Source of the DNA: Nitrospirota bacterium
GTDB taxonomy: Bacteria > Nitrospirota > Thermodesulfovibrionia > Thermodesulfovibrionales > UBA9159
Reading direction: 5' to 3'
Assembly: GCA_021790195.1 (NCBI GenBank)
Contig: JAJYIF010000007.1
Coordinates: forward strand, 24,192-88,191
Length of the DNA stretch: 64,000 nucleotides
The notes under the pieces are model-generated. The model did no database searches and was not told the origin of the DNA. It worked only from the letters and a program-made list of their open reading frames with translations. Below are positions 38,581 to 48,597 of the stretch, piece by piece; the stretch's first letter is position 1; every line of letters begins with the position of its first letter. Position numbers and translations under genes: made by a program.

Positions 38581-41150
38581 ATTCCGGCCCCTCCTATGAC
38601 TATGTTCACGAGTCTGCCTTTGACTACAAATATCTTCTTCACGGCCTTGCCGCTGAGTATCTCCTTTATCTTCGGCTCGTCAAGGGTCTTATCTTTGATC
38701 TCCCCGTCCGAAAGCCCTTCCGGGACCATGACCTTGGCCCTCACTTTGCCGTTCACCTGAATCACCAATTCGACCTCTTTTTCCTTTGCAATGTCCTCGC
38801 TCCATTGCGGCCAGCTCTGCTCAAAGACGCTCGGCCGGTTGCCTGTCGCCTCCCACAGCTCTTCGGCGATATGAGGCGAGAACGGCGAAAGAAGCATAAT
38901 GGCGGACTCAATTGAATATTTCAACACCGCCCAGTCCTGATCGTCCACGGGCTGAAACGCCCCAAGTTCGTTAACGAGCTCCATAAGGGCCGCAACAGCA
39001 GTATTGAAATGATATTCCCGCTCGATATCGGTTGTCACCCTTTTTATCGTCTGATGGGTCTTGCGCAAAAGACCTTGAGCAGGGGGACGGAGTTCCGATA
39101 CTGTATCAATCCCGAACTTCGAACCCTGAACTTTGAACTTACTCTTATAGACGATCGCCCAAACCCTGTTCAGGAAGCGATAGGCCCCTTCGACGCCCCT
39201 GTCGGACCACTCCAGATCCCTTTCAGGAGGCGCGGCAAAGAGGGAAAAGAGCCGCATGGTGTCCGCTCCGTATTTCCCTATAAGATCGTCGGGGGTAACC
39301 ACATTCTTCTTGGACTTGGACATCTTCTCGGTCCGGCCCCTCTCGACATCTCTGCCGCAATGAACGCACTTGCCGTTCTCAGCTTCTTCGGGGAAAAGCC
39401 AGTCATGCTCCGGGCATCTCAATGTTTCCTTGCCTACCATTCCCTGTGTCAGCAGATTGGTAAAAGGTTCGCTCAGGCCGAGCACACCCAGGTCCCTCAT
39501 GACCCTCGTGAAAAACCTGGAATAAAGGAGATGCAGAACAGCATGCTCGATGCCGCCTATGTACTGGTCGACAGGCATCCAGTAGGAGATATTATTCTTT
39601 TCGAGGGCGTCTTCATCCTTCTTAGAACAGTAGCGCACAAAGTACCACGATGAATCTACAAAGGTGTCCATGGTATCGGTCTCGCGTCTTGCCCCGCCCC
39701 CGCATTTAGGGCACCTCGTCCTTACGAAATCCGGCAAATCCAGAAGCGGAGAACCACCTTTGCCCGTAAACTTCACGTCCCTGGGAAGTATAACCGGAAG
39801 GTCCTTCTCGTCCACCGGCACAACGCCGCATTTGTCGCAATAGACGATCGGTATAGGCGTGCCCCAGTATCGCTGTCTCGATATGCCCCAATCACGGAGC
39901 TTGTAATTAACGGTGCCTTTGCCCAAACCCTTCGCCTCAATATACTCAGTGATCGCCTTTTTTGCCTCGGGACTGGCCATCCCGCTGAACCGGCCCGAAT
40001 CGACAAGAATCCCTTCGCCTTCATAAGCCTCGGCAATTGGTCCGGACTCCCGGCTTCCGGCCTTTGACGTCAGATCAGGCATTATCACCTGCTTTATCGG
40101 AAGATCGTATTTTCTTGCAAACTCAAAGTCCCTCTGGTCATGTGCCGGGACCGACATGATCGCACCCGTTCCATATTCCATCAGAACAAAATTCGCCACG
40201 TAAACCGGCACACGCTCCCCGTTGAGAGGGTTTATCGCGTAATGACCTGTAAACAGGCCTTCCTTCTCTTCCACGTTTCCGTACTTTGCCTTGATACGCT
40301 CAAGGCCTTCGGTCTCTTCAACCAGTTCTGCGGTCAGGGGATGGGTCGGCGCGATGCACATGAACCTGACGCCGAAAAGGGTGTCGGGACGGGTAGTGAA
40401 AATCCTCAGTTTTCTGTCTGTTCCCTCGATGGGGAAATCGACCTCTGCGCCCTCGCTCTTTCCGATCCAGTGCTTCTGCATGAGGACGACCTTTTCGGGC
40501 CATCCTTTCAGCTCTTCACAGCCCTGCAGTAGTTCTTCGGCATAATGCGTGATCCTGAAAAACCACTGTTCGAGCTCTTTCTGGACCACAACTGAATCAC
40601 ACCTCCAGCACCTTCCGTCTATGACCTGCTCATTGGCGAGGACAGTTGCGCAGGAAGGGCACCAGTTTACGAAAGAGGCCTTTTTGTACGCCAGGCCCTT
40701 TTCATATAGCTTCAGGAAAAACCACTGGTTCCATCTGTAATATCCGGTATCGCAGGTCGTCACTTCTCTTTCCCAGTCATAACTCAGACCGATGGGCCTT
40801 AACTGTTTCTTCATGGAATCGATATTCTCGTAAGTCCACTGTGCCGGATGGACGCCGTGCTTGATTGCGGCATTCTCGGCGGGAAGGCCGAAGGCGTCCC
40901 ATCCGATTGGATGGAGCACGTTGAACCCCCTCATCCTCTTATACCTTGCGATAACGTCGCCGATTACATAGTTGCGGGCATGGCCCACGTGGATCTTTCC
41001 GGAGGGATAAGGAAACATCTCGAGGCAGTAGAACTTCTTCAGGGAAGGGTCGGCCGAGGCCTTGTCGATGCCGCTCCTGTCCCAGTATTCCTGCCATTTC
41101 AGCTCAACTTTGTCCGGAATATATTTCTCTTCCAAGGTCACTCTCCTCAA
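38577..41150 (-). CDS. leuS: leucine--tRNA ligase
   Basis: 857 aa. [24 protein letters not shown] is the HIGH region, and EKMSKSKKN is the KMSKS motif. Confidence 0.96.
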   Translation of the reverse strand: MRRVTLEEKYIPDKVELKWQEYWDRSGIDKASADPSLKKFYCLEMFPYPSGKIHVGHARNYVIGDVIARYKRMRGFNVLHPIGWDAFGLPAENAAIKHGVHPAQWTYENIDSMKKQLRPIGLSYDWEREVTTCDTGYYRWNQWFFLKLYEKGLAYKKASFVNWCPSCATVLANEQVIDGRCWRCDSVVVQKELEQWFFRITHYAEELLQGCEELKGWPEKVVLMQKHWIGKSEGAEVDFPIEGTDRKLRIFTTRPDTLFGVRFMCIAPTHPLTAELVEETEGLERIKAKYGNVEEKEGLFTGHYAINPLNGERVPVYVANFVLMEYGTGAIMSVPAHDQRDFEFARKYDLPIKQVIMPDLTSKAGSRESGPIAEAYEGEGILVDSGRFSGMASPEAKKAITEYIEAKGLGKGTVNYKLRDWGISRQRYWGTPIPIVYCDKCGVVPVDEKDLPVILPRDVKFTGKGGSPLLDLPDFVRTRCPKCGGGARRETDTMDTFVDSSWYFVRYCSKKDEDALEKNNISYWMPVDQYIGGIEHAVLHLLYSRFFTRVMRDLGVLGLSEPFTNLLTQGMVGKETLRCPEHDWLFPEEAENGKCVHCGRDVERGRTEKMSKSKKNVVTPDDLIGKYGADTMRLFSLFAAPPERDLEWSDRGVEGAYRFLNRVWAIVYKSKFKVQGSKFGIDTVSELRPPAQGLLRKTHQTIKRVTTDIEREYHFNTAVAALMELVNELGAFQPVDDQDWAVLKYSIESAIMLLSPFSPHIAEELWEATGNRPSVFEQSWPQWSEDIAKEKEVELVIQVNGKVRAKVMVPEGLSDGEIKDKTLDEPKIKEILSGKAVKKIFVVKGRLVNIVIGGAGI

Positions 41151-41264
41151 GAAAATATTAGAAAAGCTACCATAAAAGCAGGGACATTAGCAAGAAGACG
41201 CGGGGCGCCGCCAGAAACTCAGACAGCCCATTTCGGCCTCGCCGGCGCTGAAGCGAAATCAAGT

Positions 41265-42188
41265 CTATCTTACATAAGCGCCGTAGATGGAATAGATGAA
41301 ATGACCGGGTATCGTCAACGAATCCTGTTTCCATTCGTCGGGAAGCGGCCAATAAGGCGCCCCTTCCTTCAGCGCCCTCATGGCAGCCGAATCGAGACCG
41401 GGGAAACCTGACGACCTTTCCAGCTCAATATCGCCGAGCGACCCGTCCTTCTTTATCGTGAATGTGATATAAACGTCGCCGTGTATTCCCCTGCTGGCCT
41501 CTTCCGGGGGATACTTCCAGATACTCTCGATCTTATCTTTCAATTTCATCATGTAACTCTCATACTTGAATTCGGTGGTGTCGAAAGTTACGCCGTTGTC
41601 GTGGTGCTTCTCCTCCCTTTTCGCAATCTTCCCGACAACTTCGCTGTCGAACAATTTGTCCCTGAGCGACGGCACGGGGACGGGTATGCCCCGGCTCTTT
41701 GGAGGACGAACAGCGGTGCTCCCGGATCCCGGACCATTATCAGGTCGTTCCTGGATGTTCGGTATCTGGTTCGCCGTTCCCTTTTCGATTGAATTGGGCG
41801 CAACATTGCTTTCGGGCATCGCAGTCCTCGGCCGGGCCGGCGGGGGAGCCGGTATTGCACGGCTTTCCTTAGGCGCCTCAGCCTTGCGGGGAGCAGCCTC
41901 TTTCGGAGGGCGGGAAGCGCGATGCGACCCGTATATCTCATTAGGCAGAATTTCGGACGGTCTCACCCTCGGAGGTATGACGGGCGGGGGCTTGACCTTC
42001 GGGAACTCTTTGAGCCATTCGTCGGGGGTCAGGAGTCTTGTGATAATGGGCTTCTCCGGCTCCTTCTTGGCGGCGGGTACAAGAAAGATCAGCGACACAA
42101 TCAGGATATGTATCGCAATGGAGAATGCCAGCGATATCCTCCACTGCGGGAACCTGAAATTTATCTGGGGGAAATAGGTATCTTTCAT
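41265..42188 (-). CDS. tonB: energy transducer TonB family protein
   Basis: N-terminal TM helix, a Pro-rich spacer (PPVIPPRVRP...APPPARP), and a C-terminal TonB_C-like segment GDVYITFTIKKDGSLGDIELERSSGFPGLDSAAMRAL. Confidence 0.8.
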   Translation of the reverse strand: MKDTYFPQINFRFPQWRISLAFSIAIHILIVSLIFLVPAAKKEPEKPIITRLLTPDEWLKEFPKVKPPPVIPPRVRPSEILPNEIYGSHRASRPPKEAAPRKAEAPKESRAIPAPPPARPRTAMPESNVAPNSIEKGTANQIPNIQERPDNGPGSGSTAVRPPKSRGIPVPVPSLRDKLFDSEVVGKIAKREEKHHDNGVTFDTTEFKYESYMMKLKDKIESIWKYPPEEASRGIHGDVYITFTIKKDGSLGDIELERSSGFPGLDSAAMRALKEGAPYWPLPDEWKQDSLTIPGHFIYSIYGAYVR

Positions 42189-42218
42189 TATTGAGAGACG
42201 TTTCTTATGTAAGAACGG

Positions 42219-43367
42219 CTAACTAAGGAATCTCCTGAAGATGTTTATATAGGAAAGAAGGCTCCCCCTTCGCAAGTCCTTTCTGAGCCAGATGCCCATG
42301 GACGCCTGAAGGACCTCGGGACTTCTGTGCAACTCGAAGATCTTTTCCACACGGTTATCGCCCTTCATAAAATAGGCCCAGAGCCTTCTCATCAAAGAGA
42401 ATCTCCTGCCGAAGGCCTTCTCCCACGCCTTCTTGTATTCGCCGGACTTTCCTGCGGCTATCGCCCTTGCGGCCATTTCTCCCGACTTCATCGCGTAATA
42501 GATGCCCTCAAAGGTCAGAGGCATCACATGGCCGGCCGCATCCCCGGCAAAAAATATTCTCCCCCGGTTGTACAGGTCTCCCCGCCAAAGCGGTATCTTG
42601 TACCCCCTGACCGAACCGTCGGTGCTCAACCCCCTCCTTTCAACGAATCTTCTCCACAGGTCGCCGATGCCCCGATGGACGAAAGAGCCGGTACCGGCAG
42701 AAACCCCTTCACCCTGGGGAAAGACCCATGAGTAACACCTGGGGGCATGAGACGCCCCGAACCAGAATTCGCAGGCATCGGCCATTTCCGCTTTGATCTT
42801 CTCGGACAGCGTGATAAAGGAAGGAGGCGGTTTGATGCCAAGGGCCGCACGCACCCGTGAATTCACTCCGTCCGCAGCAATCACATAATCGGCCCTCACC
42901 TTCATAACATTTCCTGTTCCTGCCGAAGAGGTGTCGCCGCACAATTCAGGACTTTGTACGGAGACCTCGGCCGTCACCGTCTTTCCTACATCCGAAAAAC
43001 GATTGAATTCCGCCTCGATGAGCCTGGCGCCGCGCCTCTCCGCTTCAGCCCTCAGGGAACGATCGAAGCTGCCTCTTTCAACAATGTCGATTGAAGCGCC
43101 CTCAAGTTTAATGTCAAGGACGTCTCCCTTTGGAGATACGGCCTTGATCTTGTCTACCCGCTTCCTGACGGAGTCTTCCGGTATATCCATCTCGCTGAAA
43201 AGAAAAGAAGGGACCCCCCCGCCGCAAGGCTTCACAAACGAGAAGTTCCTGTCCACAAGAAGGGTCTCGATCCCGCTCAGGGCAAGAAATCTCGCCGCAG
43301 TGGAGCCGGCCGGTCCTCCTCCGACAACCAATGCCTCAGCTCTGAGCGTCATCCGTCCTGGCCGCAA
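42219..43367 (-). CDS. FAD-dependent oxidoreductase, geranylgeranyl reductase family
   Basis: EALVVGGGPAGSTAARFLALSGIETLLVDR is the GxGxxG FAD fold. FFAGDAAGHVMPLTFEGIYYAM is also present. Confidence 0.75.
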   Translation of the reverse strand: MRPGRMTLRAEALVVGGGPAGSTAARFLALSGIETLLVDRNFSFVKPCGGGVPSFLFSEMDIPEDSVRKRVDKIKAVSPKGDVLDIKLEGASIDIVERGSFDRSLRAEAERRGARLIEAEFNRFSDVGKTVTAEVSVQSPELCGDTSSAGTGNVMKVRADYVIAADGVNSRVRAALGIKPPPSFITLSEKIKAEMADACEFWFGASHAPRCYSWVFPQGEGVSAGTGSFVHRGIGDLWRRFVERRGLSTDGSVRGYKIPLWRGDLYNRGRIFFAGDAAGHVMPLTFEGIYYAMKSGEMAARAIAAGKSGEYKKAWEKAFGRRFSLMRRLWAYFMKGDNRVEKIFELHRSPEVLQASMGIWLRKDLRRGSLLSYINIFRRFLS

Positions 43368-43527
43368 GATCGCACGGGGAGTTCGCCTTTCCGAACTGTA
43401 TAAAATAGATCGTCCCGCCGGGAAGTCCCCGACAGATCAGTCAAGTATAACAGGGTCTCCAACATGCTACGTTTAGTTTACAATGTTTTAGGTTAGATAT
43501 GAAATCGGCAGCGACATCAGGGTATTG

Positions 43528-44049
43528 CTAATTCAGGAAGCCGGGCGGGAGAGGACAATGCAGCCTTGCGCGCTTCGAGGCGTTATTGTTCAGGAAATAG
43601 GCCGATATCTTGAAAAAGAAATCTCCCACCGAACCGGAAATAGTGCCGTCCCTGTTCTCGCCCCAGCCGACGGTCTTTTCGTTATTGTTGATGGCGACTA
43701 TAAGATAAATGAGACCCTGTTTCATGCCCGCAATGTCCTCTTCGCTAGGAAAGGGGAGCCCCTTGGTAGGGCCGAATTGCGTGTGGGAGTGAAAGTCCCC
43801 TATTATCTGCAGCTTGTCGAACTTGTCGAGGATCGGCTCCACTTTCTTATGGTTCTTTTCATGTACGACAACGCCTTTGTGCTTTCTGTTCGCCGTCTGA
43901 AAACTGAAGGCGTGCTCCACAATGAACCTGTCTTCGAGCCTGTACCCGAGCAGGTATCCGAGACACTCCTTCTTGTACACCTCGGCGGAGCTCAGAAGGA
44001 CGTCAATGAAAGCATTCTCAGAAAGATAAACCTTCATCGCGAATAACAC
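43528..44049 (-). CDS. stand-alone JAB/MPN (JAMM) metalloprotease-domain protein
   Basis: ECLGYLLG supplies the catalytic Glu context, and GDFHSHTQFGPTKGLPFPSEEDI gives HxH...SxxD. The track start is GTG 44049, with ATG at 44037 (MKVYLSE...). Confidence 0.75.
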   Translation of the reverse strand: MLFAMKVYLSENAFIDVLLSSAEVYKKECLGYLLGYRLEDRFIVEHAFSFQTANRKHKGVVVHEKNHKKVEPILDKFDKLQIIGDFHSHTQFGPTKGLPFPSEEDIAGMKQGLIYLIVAINNNEKTVGWGENRDGTISGSVGDFFFKISAYFLNNNASKRARLHCPLPPGFLN

Positions 44050-44077
44050 AGAGCCTCTTCAATTCCCGTATTCCGCC

Positions 44078-44539
44078 TTATTTCCTTTTCTCCTTGAGTC
44101 CGGGCAGTCCGACGGTAAGAACCGGACAATGGCAATGCCGCACAACCCTTTCGGCCGTGCTGCCGAATACTACCCTGTCGAGCCCCTTCCTGCTGTGGCT
44201 TCCCATGACGATCATGTCAATGCTGTTTTCCTCCGAAAACCTCACTATCTCCTCGTGAGGCACGCCCTTCAATATCTTGTGCTCGATATCCTTGTAGCCC
44301 CTGAGCTCTTCCAGACAGCATTTCTCGAGCTCTTTTCTTGCATTTGCTTCTATGTCCTTGTACATCTCGTCCATGCTGATATGGGGCACGTACCACCCTG
44401 TCGCCTTAGCCACGTCGTAAATGACGTGGACGACAAAGAGCTTTGCGCCGTAATGCTTTGTGAGATCCGCCACAAAGGGAATCGCGTGGGCGGAGCCTTC
44501 CGAGAAGTCGGTCGGGAAAAGAATCCTCTTGATTTCCAT
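44078..44539 (-). CDS. universal stress protein (UspA family)
   Basis: IKRILFPTDFSEGS...MIVMGSHSRKGLDRVVFGSTAERVVRHCHCPVLTV. Confidence 0.88.
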   Translation of the reverse strand: MEIKRILFPTDFSEGSAHAIPFVADLTKHYGAKLFVVHVIYDVAKATGWYVPHISMDEMYKDIEANARKELEKCCLEELRGYKDIEHKILKGVPHEEIVRFSEENSIDMIVMGSHSRKGLDRVVFGSTAERVVRHCHCPVLTVGLPGLKEKRK

Positions 44540-44543
44540 ACTA

Positions 44544-45536
44544 TCAGGCCTCCCTTAAATATTTTGCTGCATCCTCAGGGGATGTTGTCAAGACATAAAA
44601 ATCAGAACCCCATTCAAAGCCGCTCGTCCGGAGCAGCCTGGGTATAATCTCTATATGCCAATGAAAATCGTCGCCGAGGGTATGCCAGTGATTGCGTCTC
44701 GGGATCCTGTTGGGCGCCGTATGTATAACATAGTTATACGGCGAATCCTTCAACACCCGCCTCATCTTCTTCAGGACGGTCGAGAGCATCAGGCTCAGGT
44801 CTCCCATCTCTGCGTCACCGGTGTCCTGGAATGCGCAGTTATGCCTCTTCGGCAATATCCAGAATTCAAAAGGAAATTTTGGGGCAAAGGGGCTGAAGGC
44901 AACAAACTCTTTCGTCTCGGAGATCACCCTCTCCCCGACCCTTAACTCCTCTGCCATTATATCACAGAATATGCACCTTTCCTTGTACGCATAATACTGC
45001 TTGGCTCCGTCCAGCTCTTCCTTGATAAGCTTGGGGATGATGGGCGTCGCCATAAGCTCTGAATGCGGGTGGCTATAGAGAGCCCCGGCCCCCTTCCCGG
45101 AATTCTTGAAGATGAGTATATATCTCAGCCTTCCGTCCCTTTCGAGGTCCGCCACCCTGTTTCTATATATGCTCAATATCCTCAACACCTGCCCGGCGCC
45201 CATGTCCTCGGGCAGCTTTTGGTGTTCGGGGCTGTCAATTATAATTTCATTGGCGCCAACGCCGTTCATCTTATCGTACATGCCCACGCCCCTCCTGCCG
45301 AGATCGCCCTCGATCCGCAGAATCGGGCTGATATTTGGGATGACCCTGGCCAACCATCTGTCTCCGTCCCTCGAAGATGTTATCTCGGGCGGCGCGTCCT
45401 TCTCCCTTCCGGCACAGAGGACGCATGAGGTCTCCTCGGCTTTCTCCGAAAACAGCCCGTAATCCTCGGGCGATCTGGAGTCGCTCATCACAGCGACCCA
45501 TCTGTTGAGCAAAGGGTCCTTTCTCAGCTCATGCAC
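44544..45536 (-). CDS. galT: galactose-1-phosphate uridylyltransferase family (HIT superfamily) protein
   Basis: RKDPLLNRWV...CVLCAG...IFKNSGKGAGALYSHPHSELMATP. The HPH motif marks the active-site region. Confidence 0.8.
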   Translation of the reverse strand: MHELRKDPLLNRWVAVMSDSRSPEDYGLFSEKAEETSCVLCAGREKDAPPEITSSRDGDRWLARVIPNISPILRIEGDLGRRGVGMYDKMNGVGANEIIIDSPEHQKLPEDMGAGQVLRILSIYRNRVADLERDGRLRYILIFKNSGKGAGALYSHPHSELMATPIIPKLIKEELDGAKQYYAYKERCIFCDIMAEELRVGERVISETKEFVAFSPFAPKFPFEFWILPKRHNCAFQDTGDAEMGDLSLMLSTVLKKMRRVLKDSPYNYVIHTAPNRIPRRNHWHTLGDDFHWHIEIIPRLLRTSGFEWGSDFYVLTTSPEDAAKYLREA

Positions 45537-46309
45537 CGGACATTCCTCTCATAAATCAACTTCAATCCTTTGAGTGTAAGGTCGGAGTCCATGTAATGCC
45601 TTCTCCTCAAAAAGCGGGTCATCCTGCCGGAGTATCCGCCCGTAATTACCACTTTGAAGCGACAACCTTCCTGCTCTTCCATCTCACTTATGAGCCTTTC
45701 AGCGGCCCCTGCCGTGCCATAGATAATACCCGATATTATACACATGGCCGTGTTTTTTCCCACGGCGGGCATCAAAAGCCCTTCGGGCGAATTCCATATA
45801 TCCACACGCGGAAGCCTGGAGGTCGCTGTGTATAGCGACTCACTCATCAGTCCCATTCCAGGCAATATAGCCCCGCCTATAAATCTCCGGCCCTTTACCG
45901 CGCTGACCGAGGTGGCCGTGCCAAAGTCTACCACTACAGCGGGAGAACCGAAAAGCTCCCTGGCTGCAACAGCATTTGAAATACGGTCGCTTCCGAGTTC
46001 TTCAGGTTTTTCCACATCCAGAATCAGACCGGTCTTCAAGGAAGTGTCCATAATTACCGGCCGTCCCCTGGTCAGTTCTTTTACGGAGTTGCTCAGCGTT
46101 CCCGTAAGCTCCCGGACCACCGACGATATTATAACTCCCTTCAGGGGCATTTCAATACTGTTCTTCCCCAGAAAAGCCTTAATCCTGTTCCTGTAAATCG
46201 CGCTCGTCTTTCTCGGACGAGAGGGGAAATTCAGCCTTCCGAGAAGCCCTTTCCTTCCAAAAATACCCATATTTATTGAGGAGTTGCCGATATCTATCGC
46301 AAGGAGCAT
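45524..46309 (-). CDS. coaX: type III pantothenate kinase
   Basis: MLLAIDIGNSSINMGIF...VVDFGTATS...GIIYG. Confidence 0.9.
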   Translation of the reverse strand: MLLAIDIGNSSINMGIFGRKGLLGRLNFPSRPRKTSAIYRNRIKAFLGKNSIEMPLKGVIISSVVRELTGTLSNSVKELTRGRPVIMDTSLKTGLILDVEKPEELGSDRISNAVAARELFGSPAVVVDFGTATSVSAVKGRRFIGGAILPGMGLMSESLYTATSRLPRVDIWNSPEGLLMPAVGKNTAMCIISGIIYGTAGAAERLISEMEEQEGCRFKVVITGGYSGRMTRFLRRRHYMDSDLTLKGLKLIYERNVRCMS

Positions 46310-46494
46310 CAGGTCCCCCGTTGATTATCCTTGCAGTTGCATAAAGAATAGGCGCAGTTGGGCGTGGAGGCCGAAAAAAGCTTTATATGCGACATGTTAT
46401 ATTCGCTGCAGGAGAGCTTCATGCTCAACGCAATACAAAGGTTATCTCTCACTTCACGCCCTTCCGCGGTCCGAGTCTCTATTGTCTTGCTCAT
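46309..46494 (-). CDS. hypothetical 61-aa ORF filling the birA-coaX gap (doubtful)
   Basis: Its start overlaps the birA stop as ATGA, and its stop overlaps the coaX start as TGATG. The sequence (MSKTIETRTAEGREVRDNLCIALSMKLSCSEYN...) has no recognisable family and lower G+C than its neighbours. Confidence 0.25.
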   Translation of the reverse strand: MSKTIETRTAEGREVRDNLCIALSMKLSCSEYNMSHIKLFSASTPNCAYSLCNCKDNQRGT

Positions 46495-47240
46495 TGTTGT
46501 CGTAATATCGTCAGGTCGCCGGCGCTGATCTTCCTGAGAATGCCGGACTGCAGCCTCATTATCAACAATCCTTGATCATCTATATCTTCCGCAATACCGG
46601 TCGTTTCCTCCTTCCCCACCGTAACCTTTACAGACTTTCCCAACATAGCCGCAAATCTCCGCCATTCCTTAAGCACCGGCCTTCCCCCTTTTTCCATAAA
46701 TATGTCATACCACCGGTCCACTTCATTGAGCAGCGCCCGTAAAAGAGCATCTTTCGGCTGCTCCCTCAGCTTCTCATTTCCGATAGAGGTCGCTATCTCC
46801 CGGACTTCGGGCGGAAAACCCTCCGACAAGACATCAACGTTTATGCCGATACCGACCACCACGAACTCTATTCTGTGCTCTCTCGATTTGACCTCGGTGA
46901 GTATGCCTCCCAGTTTCCTGCCTGAAACGATCAGGTCATTGGGCCATTTTATCCTAATGTCAAGACCGGTAGCGTCCCTCAGCGCACGGCAGCAGGCAAC
47001 CCCGGCCATCATAGTCAGGAGCGTGGAGTCCTTCAGTTCCATTCGCGGTCTGAGGATGATGCTCATATAGATACCGCCAGGCGGAGATATCCATATCCGC
47101 CCCAATCTTCCTTTACCGCTGGTCTGGCTCTCGGCAATTACGACTGTCCCGTGCATCGCCCCGTTTTCCGCAAGCCCCTCCGCATATGTATTTGTGGAGT
47201 CGACTTCTCCAAGTCTGATCACTTCCCTGCCTATATTCAT
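46491..47240 (-). CDS. birA: biotin--[acetyl-CoA-carboxylase] ligase (no N-terminal HTH)
   Basis: AESQTSGKGRLGRIWISPPGGIYMSIIL...IKWPNDL...GILTE. Confidence 0.9.
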   Translation of the reverse strand: MNIGREVIRLGEVDSTNTYAEGLAENGAMHGTVVIAESQTSGKGRLGRIWISPPGGIYMSIILRPRMELKDSTLLTMMAGVACCRALRDATGLDIRIKWPNDLIVSGRKLGGILTEVKSREHRIEFVVVGIGINVDVLSEGFPPEVREIATSIGNEKLREQPKDALLRALLNEVDRWYDIFMEKGGRPVLKEWRRFAAMLGKSVKVTVGKEETTGIAEDIDDQGLLIMRLQSGILRKISAGDLTILRQQ

Positions 47241-47377
47241 CGAATCAACCGTAACATAGAAAACCAGAGGTCAAGGACTGATCTCCGCGCAGGGCCGAAA
47301 AGCGCTTCTTGAATAAATGGGCCTTCTCTCTTTGCAGTCTTTGTGCCTTTGCGCGCGATTTCTGCCCTCATTCTATT

Positions 47378-47992
47378 CTATTCCTCTTCGAGTAAGACAA
47401 CCTCGACCTTTCCCTTAAGTCCTTCGGCAAATCTCCGCGCATCGTCCTTTGTTCCGACTATGGAACCATAATGCATGGGGACCGCAATCCCCGGTCTTAT
47501 CTCGAGGGCCGCCCTGACCGCCTCTTCAGCGGTCATGACGTAAGTGCCGGATACCGGAAGCAGCGCCACATCTGCCCTTATAGCGCTCATCTCCGGTATG
47601 AGGTCAGTGTCGCCGGCCAAATAAATCCTTTGGCCCCTGACCTTGAAGATATAACCGACCCAGCCCCTGTCCTTCGTATGAAACTTCTTGTTGGCGTTGT
47701 AGGAAGGGACGACCTCGACCTCTATGCCGTCCGCATCTATCCTGTCTCCGGCCTTGACGGCCCGAAGGTTGCCGGACAGCTTCGCGCAGCAGTCGGCAGG
47801 GGCCACTACGACGGTCTGGGGGGTCTGGATCTTCCTCACGTCGTCGGGAGAGCAGTGGTCATAGTGCTCATGAGTAATGAGAATTACGTCGGCCTTGTCG
47901 CTTTTCTTGAGCTTGAAGGGATCGGTATAAACAACCTTTTCCCCAACGATCTTGAATGTGTCATGGCCAAGCCAGTGGATGTCGCTGATCAT
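47378..47992 (-). CDS. metallo-beta-lactamase fold hydrolase (UPF0173-like)
   Basis: ISDIHWLGHDTFKIVG...ADVILITHEHYDHCS. Confidence 0.8.
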   Translation of the reverse strand: MISDIHWLGHDTFKIVGEKVVYTDPFKLKKSDKADVILITHEHYDHCSPDDVRKIQTPQTVVVAPADCCAKLSGNLRAVKAGDRIDADGIEVEVVPSYNANKKFHTKDRGWVGYIFKVRGQRIYLAGDTDLIPEMSAIRADVALLPVSGTYVMTAEEAVRAALEIRPGIAVPMHYGSIVGTKDDARRFAEGLKGKVEVVLLEEE

Positions 47993-48267
47993 TGCGCTGA
48001 CCTCCTTTCATCTACAGACAGATAGTAACAACATTTGTTCATCACGGCTTATTGGAAAGGACCTGACGGCCGCAGGATTCTCAGGCTTCTTCCGCGCGGC
48101 TCGTTTCTACGCATAATATAGCACAATATCTCCCGGGGCAAAAGGGATTAATTGACGGTAATAGATCGGCGAGAGCAGGTCTTCAAATGATCACCAGTAT
48201 TGCTTTTATTTAATTTCTAAATTAGTATAAATCAAAATCAATCGGTCTAATTCGGAGGTAGAGTCTG

Positions 48268-48597
48268 ATGTTAAAGAAGAATTGCTGGGAATTCAAGAAA
48301 TGCGGCAGGCACGAGGGCGGAGGACATGTCAATGACCTCGGGGTCTGCCCTGCGGCCGTCAACGAAAAGCTTGATGGAACTCACGGCGGCAAGAATGCCG
48401 GAAGGGCCTGTTGGGTGGTGGCAGGGACAATGTGCGGCGGCAATATTCAGGGCACGTTTGCCCATAAGTACAATCAGTGCGAAAAATGCGAATTCTATAA
48501 GGCAGTGAAGGGTGAAGAGGGCTCGACCTTCGAAATGTCGATCGTCCTTCTCAACAGGATGAGAGCGTTGGAGAAGAAAGAGGCTTCAGTCCTTTGA
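48268..48597 (+). CDS. stand-alone two-CW domain (Cys-rich) protein
   Basis: GGAGG lies before the ATG. The two Cys-Trp motifs are [10 protein letters not shown] and [14 protein letters not shown], and QCEKCEFY follows. The protein has 7 Cys in 109 aa. Confidence 0.6.
   Translation: MLKKNCWEFKKCGRHEGGGHVNDLGVCPAAVNEKLDGTHGGKNAGRACWVVAGTMCGGNIQGTFAHKYNQCEKCEFYKAVKGEEGSTFEMSIVLLNRMRALEKKEASVL

Noticed and set aside
43525-44046. 173-codon plus-strand ORF that mirrors the JAB-domain gene
   Set aside because: The minus-strand product has a clear JAMM signature. The plus-strand translation has no recognisable features and a non-ATG start. I treat it as an antisense shadow and mention it only as a curiosity.
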